In this document: piece after piece, positions 54,201-63,748 of the stretch | How the letters are laid out: every line of letters starts with the position of its first letter | Numbering within the stretch: position 1 is the stretch's first letter | Assembly: GCA_015222165.1 (NCBI GenBank) | Contig: JADFUS010000004.1 | Span: 396 to 64,395 of the forward strand | Direction of reading: 5' to 3' | From: Bacteroidota bacterium | GTDB taxonomy: Bacteria > Bacteroidota > Bacteroidia > Bacteroidales > Rikenellaceae | Length of the DNA: 64,000 bases | Position numbers and translations under genes: made by a program | The notes under the pieces: generated by a model | The model's input: only the letters and a program-made list of their open reading frames with translations | Told to the model about the DNA's origin: nothing | The model's database searches: none

Positions 54201-54259
54201 ACAAATAAAAAGAAGAAAACGACTTTGGAATTATCTAAAGAGTATTTAGGAATATTCAT
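51215..54259 (-). CDS. RND efflux permease (AcrB/HAE1-like)
   Basis: 1014 aa with a 12-TM, two-large-loop layout. It has conserved MLVDNAIVV and LIGMNIKNAIVLVD TM4/TM10-type blocks. Confidence 0.9.
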   Translation of the reverse strand: MNIPKYSLDNSKVVFFFLFVLLIGGLYSFGKLGKKEDAPFIIKNVVLITQYPGATPKEVELLITEPIEREIQTLEGVYKIKSESYYGLSKINVEIEPSTSPDAIPQRWDELRRKVLNVQPKLPKGSSTISVNDDFGDVYGIYYALVADDGFSFKEMRDIAQDIKTQLVIVDNVQKVSLYGEQTEVVNVYISTSTLSNIGVNPNTIVDILTSQNKLVNTGTKQAGDLSISVVASGTYQNLEDIKNQIITSTDGTQIRLGDFARIERGYLDPPTSLMRVNGKRAIGIGVSNIDGSDVVKTGEDVAKRIEQIKSHVPYGLEISPLYLENDIAEEANNGFILNLIESIAIVVFIIMIVMGLQAGVLIGSSLIFSISGTMLIMLFLGVGLNRTSLAGFIIAMGMLVDNAIVVTDNAQISIKRGKSKSNALIDGANGPLWGLLGATFIAIISFLPLYLAPSSVAEIVKPLFIVLSLSLGLSWILAMTQTPLFGKHILKDLKKGDKNKDPYDNKFYTKFNKILYKLIHHRYITLTSMVGLLALALVVMSYSPKSFFPNIDKPYFRADYFMPDGYSISNSEEQMLDINDWLEKQPSVKNVSMTVGGSPLRYYLASSSVGPRSNFGNMLIELTTTDSTKIMERRLNAYVNNNYPNIVVRSSLFALSPVPDAIIEFGFTGEDADTLAMLTNKSMLLMKDCDLVGVPRSDWGNKTPSIRPAYSQKKGQRLGVSRQVIANYTKLSTNGINMGDYREGDLFMPILLKDDNIDNFNLANISSLPVFTNSGETVSLAQVTDSISTPYDWNIIRRYQRQLTMKAQCDPIKGANTEEAYQQVYAKLWDTMQAQLPSGYSMKVYGEKESQQDSNAALAVYMPLTFFLIFATLLLLFKDYKKPLIILLMLPLIFIGVVSGLAISGKMLDFFAILGLLGLIGMNIKNAIVLVDQIGIEIASGTEPVDAVVTATRSRIIPVVMASGTTILGMLPLLPDALFGGMAATIMGGLFVATLLTIFILPVTYCAIMKIKK

Positions 54260-54276
54260 TATTCAGTCTTTTAAGA

Positions 54277-55332
54277 TTATTTAAGTACGTTTACTTTTTG
54301 ATTTTCAGATAATTGGTATATACCAGCAATGACAATTTCTTCATTAGCTTTAAGCCCACTTGTTACGATAGTTGCATCTTCGTCCATAAGATATGAAGTA
54401 GTGACTTTTCGTTTGTTTACACAGCCTTTTTTTCTATTATAAATCCAAACAAATTTATCTTTATTATTAGTTGGTTTAGAGAAAATAGCTGTTATAGGTA
54501 TAGTTAATAAATTGTTATTACAGTTTCCTAATTTGCTAAGTTCCACTTTTACATTACAAGCAAAACCTGCTTTTACTTTATATTTTAAAGCGTCAAATTC
54601 TGGGTCTGTAATTTTTAGAGTTACAGGAATTCCCATTCCATTAACCGAAGCATCAACAATATCTTTAACTTCTGTTTTAAATAATTTCCCTTTGATATTA
54701 TCAAATTCAACAAAAAAAGCATGATTTAAACCTGTTATGTTAGCTTCAGATTCAGGTATAGTAAAATCAATTTCTAAAGAATTAGGAGTTATAAGTCTTA
54801 TGATTACTGTTCCAGCAGAAACTTTTTGATAGTTGTTTACGTCTTTTCTTTCTACAGAGCCATCAAAAGGAGAGTATAATTTAGTATATTCAAGTTGATT
54901 TACAGAATATTCATAAGCTGATTTTGCTGTTTCAAAATTGGCAATAGAAATTTCATAATCTTGTTGTGAAATAGCATTTTTGTCTACTAATCGTTTATTT
55001 CTTTCAAGAGTAGATCTGGCAACATCATAGCTTGATTTGTTAGAATTCATATTTAATATAAAATCCTGAGGATCAATTTCTGCTATAAGATCTCCTTTTT
55101 TTACTCTTGTACCTTCAGATACATGAGTTTTTTTTATAATTCCTCCTACTTGAAAAGATAGCTCGGCAGAAGTCCCTGAAGTTACAGTTCCAATAAAATC
55201 TTTTTTGTAAGTGCTTAAAGATTCGACCGTTGCCAATTTTACAGGTCTTATGTAGGTGACAGTTTTTTCTTTTCTCCAGCAACTGCTCATAATAAGAGAC
55301 ATTAACAAGAGTAACGTGAATTGTTTTTTCAT
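54277..55332 (-). CDS. RND periplasmic adaptor (HlyD/MFP family) lipoprotein
   Basis: Lipobox MSSC, with lipoyl-like and hairpin segments (VKKGDLIAEIDPQD). Confidence 0.85.
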   Translation of the reverse strand: MKKQFTLLLLMSLIMSSCWRKEKTVTYIRPVKLATVESLSTYKKDFIGTVTSGTSAELSFQVGGIIKKTHVSEGTRVKKGDLIAEIDPQDFILNMNSNKSSYDVARSTLERNKRLVDKNAISQQDYEISIANFETAKSAYEYSVNQLEYTKLYSPFDGSVERKDVNNYQKVSAGTVIIRLITPNSLEIDFTIPESEANITGLNHAFFVEFDNIKGKLFKTEVKDIVDASVNGMGIPVTLKITDPEFDALKYKVKAGFACNVKVELSKLGNCNNNLLTIPITAIFSKPTNNKDKFVWIYNRKKGCVNKRKVTTSYLMDEDATIVTSGLKANEEIVIAGIYQLSENQKVNVLK

Positions 55333-55368
55333 AGAATTTTTATTGGGATTATTATTATTTTCTTATGA

Positions 55369-55376
55369 CAAATGTA
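55369..55376 (-). promoter_or_regulatory. -7 promoter box (TACATTTG on minus strand)
   Basis: TAnnTTTG match upstream of the efflux operon. Confidence 0.4.
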
Positions 55377-55405
55377 ACATTTTATATTTTAATTTTTTAT
55401 AAAAA

Positions 55406-56749
55406 TTACATAAATTTTGTAGTTTTTATAATTTTATAAAACCTATTTATGAAAAGAATGAAAGCAACTGTTAGTCCAGAAAGAAATCCTATCCATATTC
55501 CCGAAGCTCCAACATTAAGTACAAATCCTCCAATATAAGACATTGGTAGTGAAACTAGAATATATGAAATCATAGCATATTTCATTGGTTTATGAACTTC
55601 TTTAATACCTCTTAAAGCTCCAAGAGTAGTCACTTGTAATCCATCAAAAAGCTCCATTATAGAAACTACAATAATCATTGATGATGCAATAGCGATGACT
55701 TCTGGGTCTGAGCTGAAAACGGAAGCTAAGTTTTCACGGAATAAAATCATAATTGCGCCCATACTTACCATTAATGCTACCGTAATATAAATAGATGCTT
55801 TTGTATATTTAACAATTTCTCGTCTATTTCTTCGTCCATATTCATGGCTTGTCAAAATTGTCGTTGCTCCAGAAATTCCGTTTACAATAAGAAACAAAAC
55901 TTGAATTATAGACATCACAACTTGTCCAGCAGCAATAGTTGCAATGCTTATCCAGCCGAACATTATTGTTGTTACGCTCAAAGCACCAACTTCCACAACC
56001 ATTTGCCATGCAATAGGCATACCTAAAACTAAAAGATTACGTTTTGTTGATAATGAAGAGTTGTCTCGAGAGAAGAATTTAAAAAACTTACTATATAAGG
56101 TATGCCTTCTAAGAGTTATATAATATATTATAGGCATAAGAAGTCGAGAGATGAATGTAGCAAGTCCTGCACCGAAAATCCCCCAAGCAGGGCACCCAAA
56201 TTTTCCATAAATAAAAATATAATTAAGGAATATATTTAATACATTACACGCTATTGTTATATTCATGGTCATTTTTGTATTCCCAATGCCGTCCATAAAT
56301 TGCTTGAACGAAAGGAAAATCATATTCGGAATTATGGAAAGTGCAACGATAATATAATAGCTTTCTCCAGCATCAATAATATCTTGCGGTTGTCCAAGGT
56401 ATGATAAAAATGGTTTTATAAAAAGCAGAGTTCCCGCAATGAAAAGACCAATTAAAGTGTTTAATACAAGTGAATTTTGTAGTAATTTAGAGCAATATCT
56501 ATAACCTCTGTTAACGTAGTTCTCGCCTACTAAGGGAGTTAAGCTTATAGCCATTCCGTTTCCTAAAACCATAAGGTTAAGAATTATCATGCCTGCAAAA
56601 GCTACAGAAGCCAGAGGGGTAACTCCAAGTTGTCCCACCATAATGTTATCGGCAAGATATACCACAGCTTGTCCTGCATTGGCGATAATAACAGGAGTTG
56701 CTAATTTAGTAACTCGACTGTAATATCTATTTTCTAATCCTAAGACCAT
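55406..56749 (-). CDS. MATE-family efflux transporter
   Basis: 12-TM protein with an N-terminal PVIIANAGQAVVYLADNIMVGQLG block typical of NorM/DinF-like MATE pumps. Confidence 0.85.
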   Translation of the reverse strand: MVLGLENRYYSRVTKLATPVIIANAGQAVVYLADNIMVGQLGVTPLASVAFAGMIILNLMVLGNGMAISLTPLVGENYVNRGYRYCSKLLQNSLVLNTLIGLFIAGTLLFIKPFLSYLGQPQDIIDAGESYYIIVALSIIPNMIFLSFKQFMDGIGNTKMTMNITIACNVLNIFLNYIFIYGKFGCPAWGIFGAGLATFISRLLMPIIYYITLRRHTLYSKFFKFFSRDNSSLSTKRNLLVLGMPIAWQMVVEVGALSVTTIMFGWISIATIAAGQVVMSIIQVLFLIVNGISGATTILTSHEYGRRNRREIVKYTKASIYITVALMVSMGAIMILFRENLASVFSSDPEVIAIASSMIIVVSIMELFDGLQVTTLGALRGIKEVHKPMKYAMISYILVSLPMSYIGGFVLNVGASGIWIGFLSGLTVAFILFINRFYKIIKTTKFM

Positions 56750-56767
56750 CTTTTAAAATTTTGATTA

Positions 56768-56775
56768 CAAAAGTA
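56768..56775 (-). promoter_or_regulatory. -7 promoter box (TACTTTTG on minus strand)
   Basis: TAnnTTTG match, 18 nt before the MATE ATG. Confidence 0.4.
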
Positions 56776-56820
56776 CCTATAATAAACGAGAATACAAATT
56801 TAAAGATGTTAAGGAGAGAG

Positions 56821-57570
56821 CTAATGTTCGTTTTTGTGATAGTGAGAAAAAGGGGCTTTAAACGTGATTTTTATATGAGCTATTATTGTCTTGAAAAGTC
56901 CAAAGTGTCGGTTCATAATTTCGAAACGCTCTTTTAGTCCAGCTTTTCTATTTGCAGAGGTGTGTCCACCTTCCATAAATATAGATAAACAATCATTTAT
57001 TCTATATATAGACTTAGAATCTCTAACAGCCTTTATCATTTGCTCATAATCTGCCGAATGACGATATTTTAAATCGAAAGCATTTAGAAGTTTTCTTCTA
57101 GCAATAAATGATTGATGACATACAACCATGCCATTTAGAAAACTATTTTTAGTAAGTTTTTTAGGGAGTTTCTTTTTCCTTAAACCTAAAACTTTATTAT
57201 TTTCATTAACTATAAGAGTGTCTCCATAATATATATCGTGACATAAATCTCTGCCTTTGAATATATCTTCTAAAACATAGGGCGAATATGCCAAATCTCC
57301 AGCATTTATAAACCACACATATTCTCCAGTGGCTATTCTAAGAGCTTTGTTCATAGCGTCATATATTCCATTATCAGGCTCACTTATCCAAATATCTATT
57401 TTCAGAGAGTTTTCTTCAAGAATAGCTTTTGTGCCGTCCGTAGAACCGCCATCAATAACTATAATTTCTTTATTTGGATATTTTAAAGATATGATATTAG
57501 ATATAGTTTTTTCAAACAAATCTTTTGCGTTGTAAACAACTGTTATAATTGAAACTTTAGGTAAAATCAT
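56821..57570 (-). CDS. GT2-family glycosyltransferase
   Basis: VSIITVVYNA, then VIDGGSTDGT, then DAMNKA (DxD-type region). I prefer ATG 57570 over TTG 57624. Confidence 0.8.
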   Translation of the reverse strand: MILPKVSIITVVYNAKDLFEKTISNIISLKYPNKEIIVIDGGSTDGTKAILEENSLKIDIWISEPDNGIYDAMNKALRIATGEYVWFINAGDLAYSPYVLEDIFKGRDLCHDIYYGDTLIVNENNKVLGLRKKKLPKKLTKNSFLNGMVVCHQSFIARRKLLNAFDLKYRHSADYEQMIKAVRDSKSIYRINDCLSIFMEGGHTSANRKAGLKERFEIMNRHFGLFKTIIAHIKITFKAPFSHYHKNEH

Positions 57571-57599
57571 GTTTTTTTTGTCAGATATAAAATAATATT

Positions 57600-57607
57600 T
57601 ATCTTTG
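57600..57607 (+). promoter_or_regulatory. -7 promoter box (TATCTTTG)
   Basis: Exact match, 40 nt before ATG 57648. Confidence 0.45.
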
Positions 57608-57647
57608 TTAATGCGTTTCTGCAAATATAATCATAATTATTGTAAAT

Positions 57648-59300
57648 ATGAAAAAAGAAAATAAAGGTCTTTTATATGTTTTTATAGCGTTTATCCTTGT
57701 TGGTTTCTTAGGGTATTCTGTGGGTGTCATGAAAGAACGTCGTGAAATTACGGGCGTTGTAACTTCTTTTAATAAGTTTTTTAAAAGTCAGCCTATAAAT
57801 ACGAATTTACAAAATATTATACGTTTGGTACAGAAAAACTATGTAGATTCTGTAGATATGGATTCAATTTCTGAAAAAATGATACCTCTTTTATTGAAAG
57901 AGTTAGATCCTCATTCATCATATATCCCTGCACGTCTAGCTAAACAAACTCAAGAAGATTTACAAGGCAATTTCGACGGTATTGGTGTAATGTTTAATAT
58001 GCTTACCGATACAGTTATTATTCAAGATGTAATTTCTGGAGGTCCTAGTTCAAAAGTAGGTCTTATCACTGGCGATAGAATAATAAAAATTAACGATTCT
58101 ATTGTTGCAGGTCGTAAGATAAATTCCAAAAATATAGTAAAGAAACTTAAAGGCAAAGGTGGTACGCAAGTTAAAGTTGGTGTAAAACGTTTTGGCGTTG
58201 ATTCTTTAATAGATATAAGTATCACACGAGGAAAAGTTTTGATTAAAAGTATCGATGCTTCGTTTATGATACGTCCAAAAGTTGGTTATGTCAAGTTATT
58301 GCGTTTTTCAAGAGATACTCATGCAGAACTTGTGAAAGCTATTTCGAGTCTTAAAGAGAAAGGTATGGAACATTTAATCCTTGACCTTCAAAATAACGGT
58401 GGAGGTTATCTAGACCAAGCAATTCTTATTGCTAACGAATTTCTTCCTGCTGATAAAATGATTGTTTACACCGAGGGTAGAGGAGAGCGATTATCAGAAC
58501 AATATTCCGATGGAAATGGTAGATTTATAGATGAAGATGTTACTATATTAATAAACGAAGCGTCAGCATCTGCAAGTGAAATTGTTTCGGGAGCTCTTCA
58601 AGATAACGATATAGGCGAAATTATAGGTCGTCGTTCTTTTGGTAAAGGTCTTGTTCAACAACAAATGGATTTAAGAGATGGAAGTATCTTATTATTGACT
58701 ATTGCTCGTTATTATACTCCTACAGGTCGTTGTATTCAGCGTCCTTATGTCGGAGGCGATCAAGAAAAATATTATAAAGATTATTTTGCTCGTTTCGAAC
58801 ATGGAGAGATGTTAAGCAGAGATAGTATAAAGCAAAACGACTCTTTACGTTATGTGACTCCAAAAGGAAAAATCGTCTATGGAGGTGGAGGCATCATGCC
58901 CGATATTTTTGTTCCTATGGACACAACATCATATTCTCAATTCGAGCGTAAGGCGTTGACAAGTTTATTTAGAATACGTTATGCTTCTCAATATACAGAT
59001 AAACATCGTAGAGAGCTTGAGGATATATCAAATAAACAAGATTTGGACAAATATTTCGATAAAAATATGTCTTCAATAATGAGAGGATATAAAAAATATT
59101 TCTTTAAATCAGAAAAAGATGGAGGTACAGCCAAAGAGTGGAAAAGAATAGACGAAGATTTAATTAAGTTATTTAAAGCAACTATTGGAGATGCTACACA
59201 ACTTAAAACAAATGCCTTTTATATTTATATGGCTGACTATGACCAAATTATAATGAAAGCCATAAATGTGACAGAAAATAAAGATATTGCAAAGAGGTAA
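57648..59300 (+). CDS. ctp: S41-family C-terminal processing peptidase with PDZ domain
   Basis: N-terminal TM, a PDZ block (GGPSSKVGLITGDRIIKIND), and S41 blocks DLQNNGGGYL and ASASEIVSGALQD. Confidence 0.85.
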   Translation: MKKENKGLLYVFIAFILVGFLGYSVGVMKERREITGVVTSFNKFFKSQPINTNLQNIIRLVQKNYVDSVDMDSISEKMIPLLLKELDPHSSYIPARLAKQTQEDLQGNFDGIGVMFNMLTDTVIIQDVISGGPSSKVGLITGDRIIKINDSIVAGRKINSKNIVKKLKGKGGTQVKVGVKRFGVDSLIDISITRGKVLIKSIDASFMIRPKVGYVKLLRFSRDTHAELVKAISSLKEKGMEHLILDLQNNGGGYLDQAILIANEFLPADKMIVYTEGRGERLSEQYSDGNGRFIDEDVTILINEASASASEIVSGALQDNDIGEIIGRRSFGKGLVQQQMDLRDGSILLLTIARYYTPTGRCIQRPYVGGDQEKYYKDYFARFEHGEMLSRDSIKQNDSLRYVTPKGKIVYGGGGIMPDIFVPMDTTSYSQFERKALTSLFRIRYASQYTDKHRRELEDISNKQDLDKYFDKNMSSIMRGYKKYFFKSEKDGGTAKEWKRIDEDLIKLFKATIGDATQLKTNAFYIYMADYDQIIMKAINVTENKDIAKR

Positions 59301-59337
59301 ATCCGCTAAAATAATTTGTATACATAAAAAAAATAAG

Positions 59338-59345
59338 TATCTTTG
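59338..59345 (+). promoter_or_regulatory. -7 promoter box (TATCTTTG)
   Basis: Exact match, 25 nt before ATG 59371. Confidence 0.45.
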
Positions 59346-59370
59346 TACTTTAGAAATCATTCTAAAAATT

Positions 59371-60462
59371 ATGTCTGAAAATAGATTCGTAAAGTTAACC
59401 CTTGAGGACGGTTCAGTGTTTGTTGGCAAACACTTTGGAGCGCAACAATCTGTATCGGGAGAGATTGTGTTTAATACCTCAATGACAGGTTATCCCGAAA
59501 GTCTTACAGATCCTTCTTACAGTGGACAAATTCTAGTTTTAACGTTTCCTCTTATTGGCAATTACGGTGTGCCTTCAACGGAAATGAAAGACGGTTTGTT
59601 ACGCTTTTTTGAGTCGGATAAAATTCATATCAAAGGTCTTGTAGTGTCAGATTATTCTTTTGAATATAGCCATTGGAACGCAGTGAAGAGCCTAGATACT
59701 TGGCTTAAGGAGAACGATATTCCTGCTGTTTATGGTGTAGACACACGTCAAATCACAAAGATTATTCGTGAGAGAGGTACAATGCTTAGCAAACTTACAA
59801 CAGATGGTTGTCCAGAAGTTGGCGAGTTTATCGACCAAAATAGTGAAAACCTTGTTGCCGAAGTCTCTACAAAAGAGATTAAAAAATACGGTACTGGTAA
59901 ACACAATATTGTCTTGGTAGATTATGGAGCAAAATACAACATCATAAGAAATCTTATAAAACGTGATGCAACTGTTACGGTTGTTCCATGGAATTACGAT
60001 TTCACTACAATGGATTATGATGGAGTAATGTTATCTAATGGCCCAGGAGATCCTTCAAAATGTGAAGAGTCAGTAGATGTTATCAAAAAAGCAATGATTG
60101 TTGGGAAACCAATTTTCGGAATATGTATGGGTAATCAAATTTTGGCTCAAGCGGGTGGTGCAACTACCTTCAAGTTAAAATATGGTCATCGTAGTCATAA
60201 TCAACCTGCTTTGATGTGTGGTACAAATCGTGCTTACATAACATCTCAAAATCACGGTTTTGCTGTTGACGATTCAAAGTTAAATCCTGCAGAGTGGGAA
60301 ACATACTTTGTAAATCTTAATGACAACACTTGTGAGGGTATTAGACACAAATCTAAACCATTCTTTTCTGTACAATTCCACCCAGAAGCTTCGAGTGGTC
60401 CTGTTGATACAGAGTTCCTTTTTGATAAATTCATTGAAGAAATAGAGAGATGCAAAAAATAG
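59371..60462 (+). CDS. carA: carbamoyl-phosphate synthase small (glutaminase) subunit
   Basis: GICMGNQ catalytic Cys and the HPE His/Glu of the class I amidotransferase (FSVQFHPEAS). I prefer ATG 59371, because the 59287 extension overlaps the ctp end. Confidence 0.9.
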   Translation: MSENRFVKLTLEDGSVFVGKHFGAQQSVSGEIVFNTSMTGYPESLTDPSYSGQILVLTFPLIGNYGVPSTEMKDGLLRFFESDKIHIKGLVVSDYSFEYSHWNAVKSLDTWLKENDIPAVYGVDTRQITKIIRERGTMLSKLTTDGCPEVGEFIDQNSENLVAEVSTKEIKKYGTGKHNIVLVDYGAKYNIIRNLIKRDATVTVVPWNYDFTTMDYDGVMLSNGPGDPSKCEESVDVIKKAMIVGKPIFGICMGNQILAQAGGATTFKLKYGHRSHNQPALMCGTNRAYITSQNHGFAVDDSKLNPAEWETYFVNLNDNTCEGIRHKSKPFFSVQFHPEASSGPVDTEFLFDKFIEEIERCKK

Positions 60463-63400
60463 AAAAAGTCATAGTATTAGGTTCAGGTGCGTTAAAAATT
60501 GGTGAAGCTGGAGAGTTCGATTACTCAGGTTCTCAAGCACTTAAAGCCTTAAAAGAAGAGAACGTATTTACTGTTCTCATCAACCCAAATATTGCTACTG
60601 TACAAACTTCCGAAGGGATTGCAGATAAAGTCTATTTTCTACCAGTTACTCCCGAATATATTGAGGAAGTAATTAAGAAAGAGCGTCCTGAAGGAATTCT
60701 TCTTGCATTTGGTGGTCAGACAGCACTAAATTGCGGTGTAGCATTATATGAATCAGGTGTATTAGAAAAATATAACGTCAAGGTGCTTGGTACTCCTGTT
60801 CAAGCAATTATGGACACAGAGGACAGAGAGCTTTTTGTAAAAAAACTTGATGAAATTGATGTTAACTCAATAAAGAGTGAAGCTGTAAATACCGTTGATG
60901 ATGCCGTGCGTGTTGCAAATATGCTTGGTTATCCAGTCATCGTTCGTGCCGCTTACACACTTGGAGGTCTTGGTTCAGGATTTTGCGATAACGATGCGGA
61001 GATGAGAATCCTTGCAGAAAAAGCATTTTCTTACTCTTCACAATTACTTATAGAGAAATCTTTAAAAGGTTGGAAAGAGGTAGAGTATGAAGTAGTTCGA
61101 GATAAATATGACAACTGTATAACAGTTTGTAATATGGAGAATTTCGATCCACTAGGTATTCATACTGGAGAGAGTATTGTCGTCGCACCATCTCAAACTT
61201 TAACAAATTCAGAATATCATAAACTTCGTGAAATAGCAATACGTATAATTCGTCACGTAGGTATTGTCGGAGAGTGTAATGTTCAATATGCTTTAGATCC
61301 AAACTCAGAAGATTACCGTGTTATAGAGGTAAATGCTCGTTTATCACGTTCTTCTGCCTTAGCTTCAAAAGCAACAGGTTATCCACTTGCTTTCGTTGCT
61401 GCAAAACTAGGTCTTGGTTTCGGTCTTCATGAACTTAAAAACTCAGTAACAAAAACTACTACAGCTTGTTTCGAGCCTGCTCTAGATTATATCGTTTGTA
61501 AAATTCCACGTTGGGATTTAGGTAAATTTAAAGGAGTTTCTCGTAAACTTGGTTCAAGCATGAAATCTGTCGGAGAGGTTATGGCTATAGGTCGTAATTT
61601 CGAGGAGGTCATTCAAAAAGGTCTTCGTATGATAGGTCAAGGTATGCACGGTTTTGTTGCTAATAAAGAGCTTCCAGTTGCCGATATCGACATAGAAAAA
61701 GCACTTTCAGAGCCTACAGATGAACGTATCTTTTATATCTCTGAAGCATTAAAACGTGGTTATTCTGTTGAGAAGATTCATGAATTAACAAAAATCGATT
61801 GTTGGTTCTTAAATAAGCTAAAAAATATTCGTGTTTTATATCACGATATAGAAAAATACAATGAAATAAACGAAGTTCCTCGTGAAAAAATATTATCAGC
61901 AAAACAACTTGGTTTCTCAGATTTCCAATTGGCAAGAGCTGTATATGTAAGTTCAAATGAGGTTATCGAAGCAGATATGCTTAACATACGTGAATATCGT
62001 AAAAACATAGGTGTTGTTCCTTATATCAAACAAATAGATACGCTTGCTGCGGAATATCCTGCACAAACAAATTATCTATATGTAACATACAACGCTTCAA
62101 GTCACGATATTACTTTCCAACATGACAATAGATCTATCATTGTTCTTGGTTCAGGAACATATCGTATTGGAAGTTCTGTAGAGTTCGATTGGTGTGGTGT
62201 TAGTGCTATAAAGACTGTTCGTAAGAGTGGCTATCGTTCTATAATGATAAACTTCAACCCAGAAACTGTTTCTACAGATTACGATGAGTGTGATCGTCTA
62301 TATTTCGACGAGCTTACTCTTGAGAGAGTCTTAGATATTACAGATCTTGAAATCCCTAAGGGAGTTGTAGTTTCTACTGGTGGACAAATTCCAAATAACT
62401 TGGCAATGAAACTTGACTGCCAAAATGTACCAATTTTAGGAACGTCAGCCGAAGATATCGACAGAGCAGAAGATAGACACAAATTCTCAGAAATGCTTGA
62501 TGAAATTGGTGTTGATCAACCACGTTGGAAAGAGTTAACTTCTATATCTTCAGTTTTTGATTTTGTTGATGAAGTAGGTCTTCCAGTTCTTATACGTCCA
62601 TCTTATGTACTTTCGGGTGCGGCTATGAATGTTGTTTCAAACCGTGATGAGCTTGAGCATTTCCTTACTCTTGCTGCTAATGTGTCGAAACAATATCCAG
62701 TTGTTGTCACAGAATTCTTGCAAAACGCTAAGGAGATAGAGCTAGATGCTGTTGCAAAAGACGGTGAGCTTATGCTTTATGCAATTTCCGAACACGTAGA
62801 ATTTGCAGGAGTCCATTCTGGTGATGCGACAATAGTTTTCCCAGCTCAGAAGTTATATACCGAAACTATAAGAAGAATAAAGAAAATAGCACGTCAAATT
62901 GCTAAAGGTTTAAATATTTCAGGACCTTTCAATATGCAGTTATTGGCTAAAGATAACGATATAAAAGTTATAGAGTGTAATCTTCGTGCATCGAGAAGTT
63001 TCCCTTTTGTTTCAAAAGTTCTAAAGGTGAATTTCATCGACTATGCAACAAAAATTATGCTTGGTATTCCAGTAGAGAAACCTTCACGTTCAGCTTTCGA
63101 TCTTGATTATGTAGGTGTTAAAGCGTCACAATTCTCTTTCTCACGTCTTCAACAAACCGATCCCGTTTTAGGTGTAGAGATGTCATCTACAGGTGAAGTA
63201 GGTTGTATAGGAGAAAATTATCATGAAGCAATCCTTAAAGCAATGGTTTCTGTAGGTTATAGAATACCGAAGAAAAACGTGTTCCTTTCAACTGGAGATT
63301 ATCGTTCAAAAGTGGAAATGCTAAGTCCTGCAAAACTTCTTATTGAAGGTGGCTGGAAGCTTTTCGCTACAAAAGGTACAGCTACTTTCTTAAAAGAAAA

Positions 63401-63677
63401 TGGTGTTGAAGATGTTTCAACTCTTAGCTGGCCAGATACTCACGACGAAAATCCAAATTCTATGGATTGTATTCGTGATGGAAAATTGGACTTGATAGTA
63501 AATATACCAAAAAATCTTACTAAAGATGAACTTCATAATGATTATGAAATTCGCCGTAGTGCAATAGATTTTAATATCCCACTAATTACAAATGCTCGTT
63601 TGGCAAATGCCTTTATCACGGGTTTCTGTACTCTTAAAAAAGAGGATATTGAAATTAGAAGCTGGGACGAATATTAG
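60450..63677 (+). CDS. carB: carbamoyl-phosphate synthase large subunit
   Basis: 1075 aa with two ATP-grasp halves and a C-terminal MGS-like domain. It overlaps carA by 13 nt. Confidence 0.95.
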   Translation: MQKIEKVIVLGSGALKIGEAGEFDYSGSQALKALKEENVFTVLINPNIATVQTSEGIADKVYFLPVTPEYIEEVIKKERPEGILLAFGGQTALNCGVALYESGVLEKYNVKVLGTPVQAIMDTEDRELFVKKLDEIDVNSIKSEAVNTVDDAVRVANMLGYPVIVRAAYTLGGLGSGFCDNDAEMRILAEKAFSYSSQLLIEKSLKGWKEVEYEVVRDKYDNCITVCNMENFDPLGIHTGESIVVAPSQTLTNSEYHKLREIAIRIIRHVGIVGECNVQYALDPNSEDYRVIEVNARLSRSSALASKATGYPLAFVAAKLGLGFGLHELKNSVTKTTTACFEPALDYIVCKIPRWDLGKFKGVSRKLGSSMKSVGEVMAIGRNFEEVIQKGLRMIGQGMHGFVANKELPVADIDIEKALSEPTDERIFYISEALKRGYSVEKIHELTKIDCWFLNKLKNIRVLYHDIEKYNEINEVPREKILSAKQLGFSDFQLARAVYVSSNEVIEADMLNIREYRKNIGVVPYIKQIDTLAAEYPAQTNYLYVTYNASSHDITFQHDNRSIIVLGSGTYRIGSSVEFDWCGVSAIKTVRKSGYRSIMINFNPETVSTDYDECDRLYFDELTLERVLDITDLEIPKGVVVSTGGQIPNNLAMKLDCQNVPILGTSAEDIDRAEDRHKFSEMLDEIGVDQPRWKELTSISSVFDFVDEVGLPVLIRPSYVLSGAAMNVVSNRDELEHFLTLAANVSKQYPVVVTEFLQNAKEIELDAVAKDGELMLYAISEHVEFAGVHSGDATIVFPAQKLYTETIRRIKKIARQIAKGLNISGPFNMQLLAKDNDIKVIECNLRASRSFPFVSKVLKVNFIDYATKIMLGIPVEKPSRSAFDLDYVGVKASQFSFSRLQQTDPVLGVEMSSTGEVGCIGENYHEAILKAMVSVGYRIPKKNVFLSTGDYRSKVEMLSPAKLLIEGGWKLFATKGTATFLKENGVEDVSTLSWPDTHDENPNSMDCIRDGKLDLIVNIPKNLTKDELHNDYEIRRSAIDFNIPLITNARLANAFITGFCTLKKEDIEIRSWDEY

Positions 63678-63704
63678 TATATAATTTTGAATTAATATAG
63701 ATTG

Positions 63705-63740
63705 AGGGGAGGCTGAATAATTTAGTCGCCCCTTTTTATT
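63705..63740 (+). terminator. probable terminator after carB
   Basis: AGGGG..GGCT pairs with AGTC.CCCCT with one mismatch, followed by T5. Confidence 0.55.
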
Positions 63741-63748
63741 TTTAAAAT

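Noticed and set aside
59287-59370. Upstream extension of carA overlapping the ctp end
   Set aside because: It contains the TATCTTTG promoter box at 59338..59345. The conserved CarA N-terminus starts at ATG 59371.
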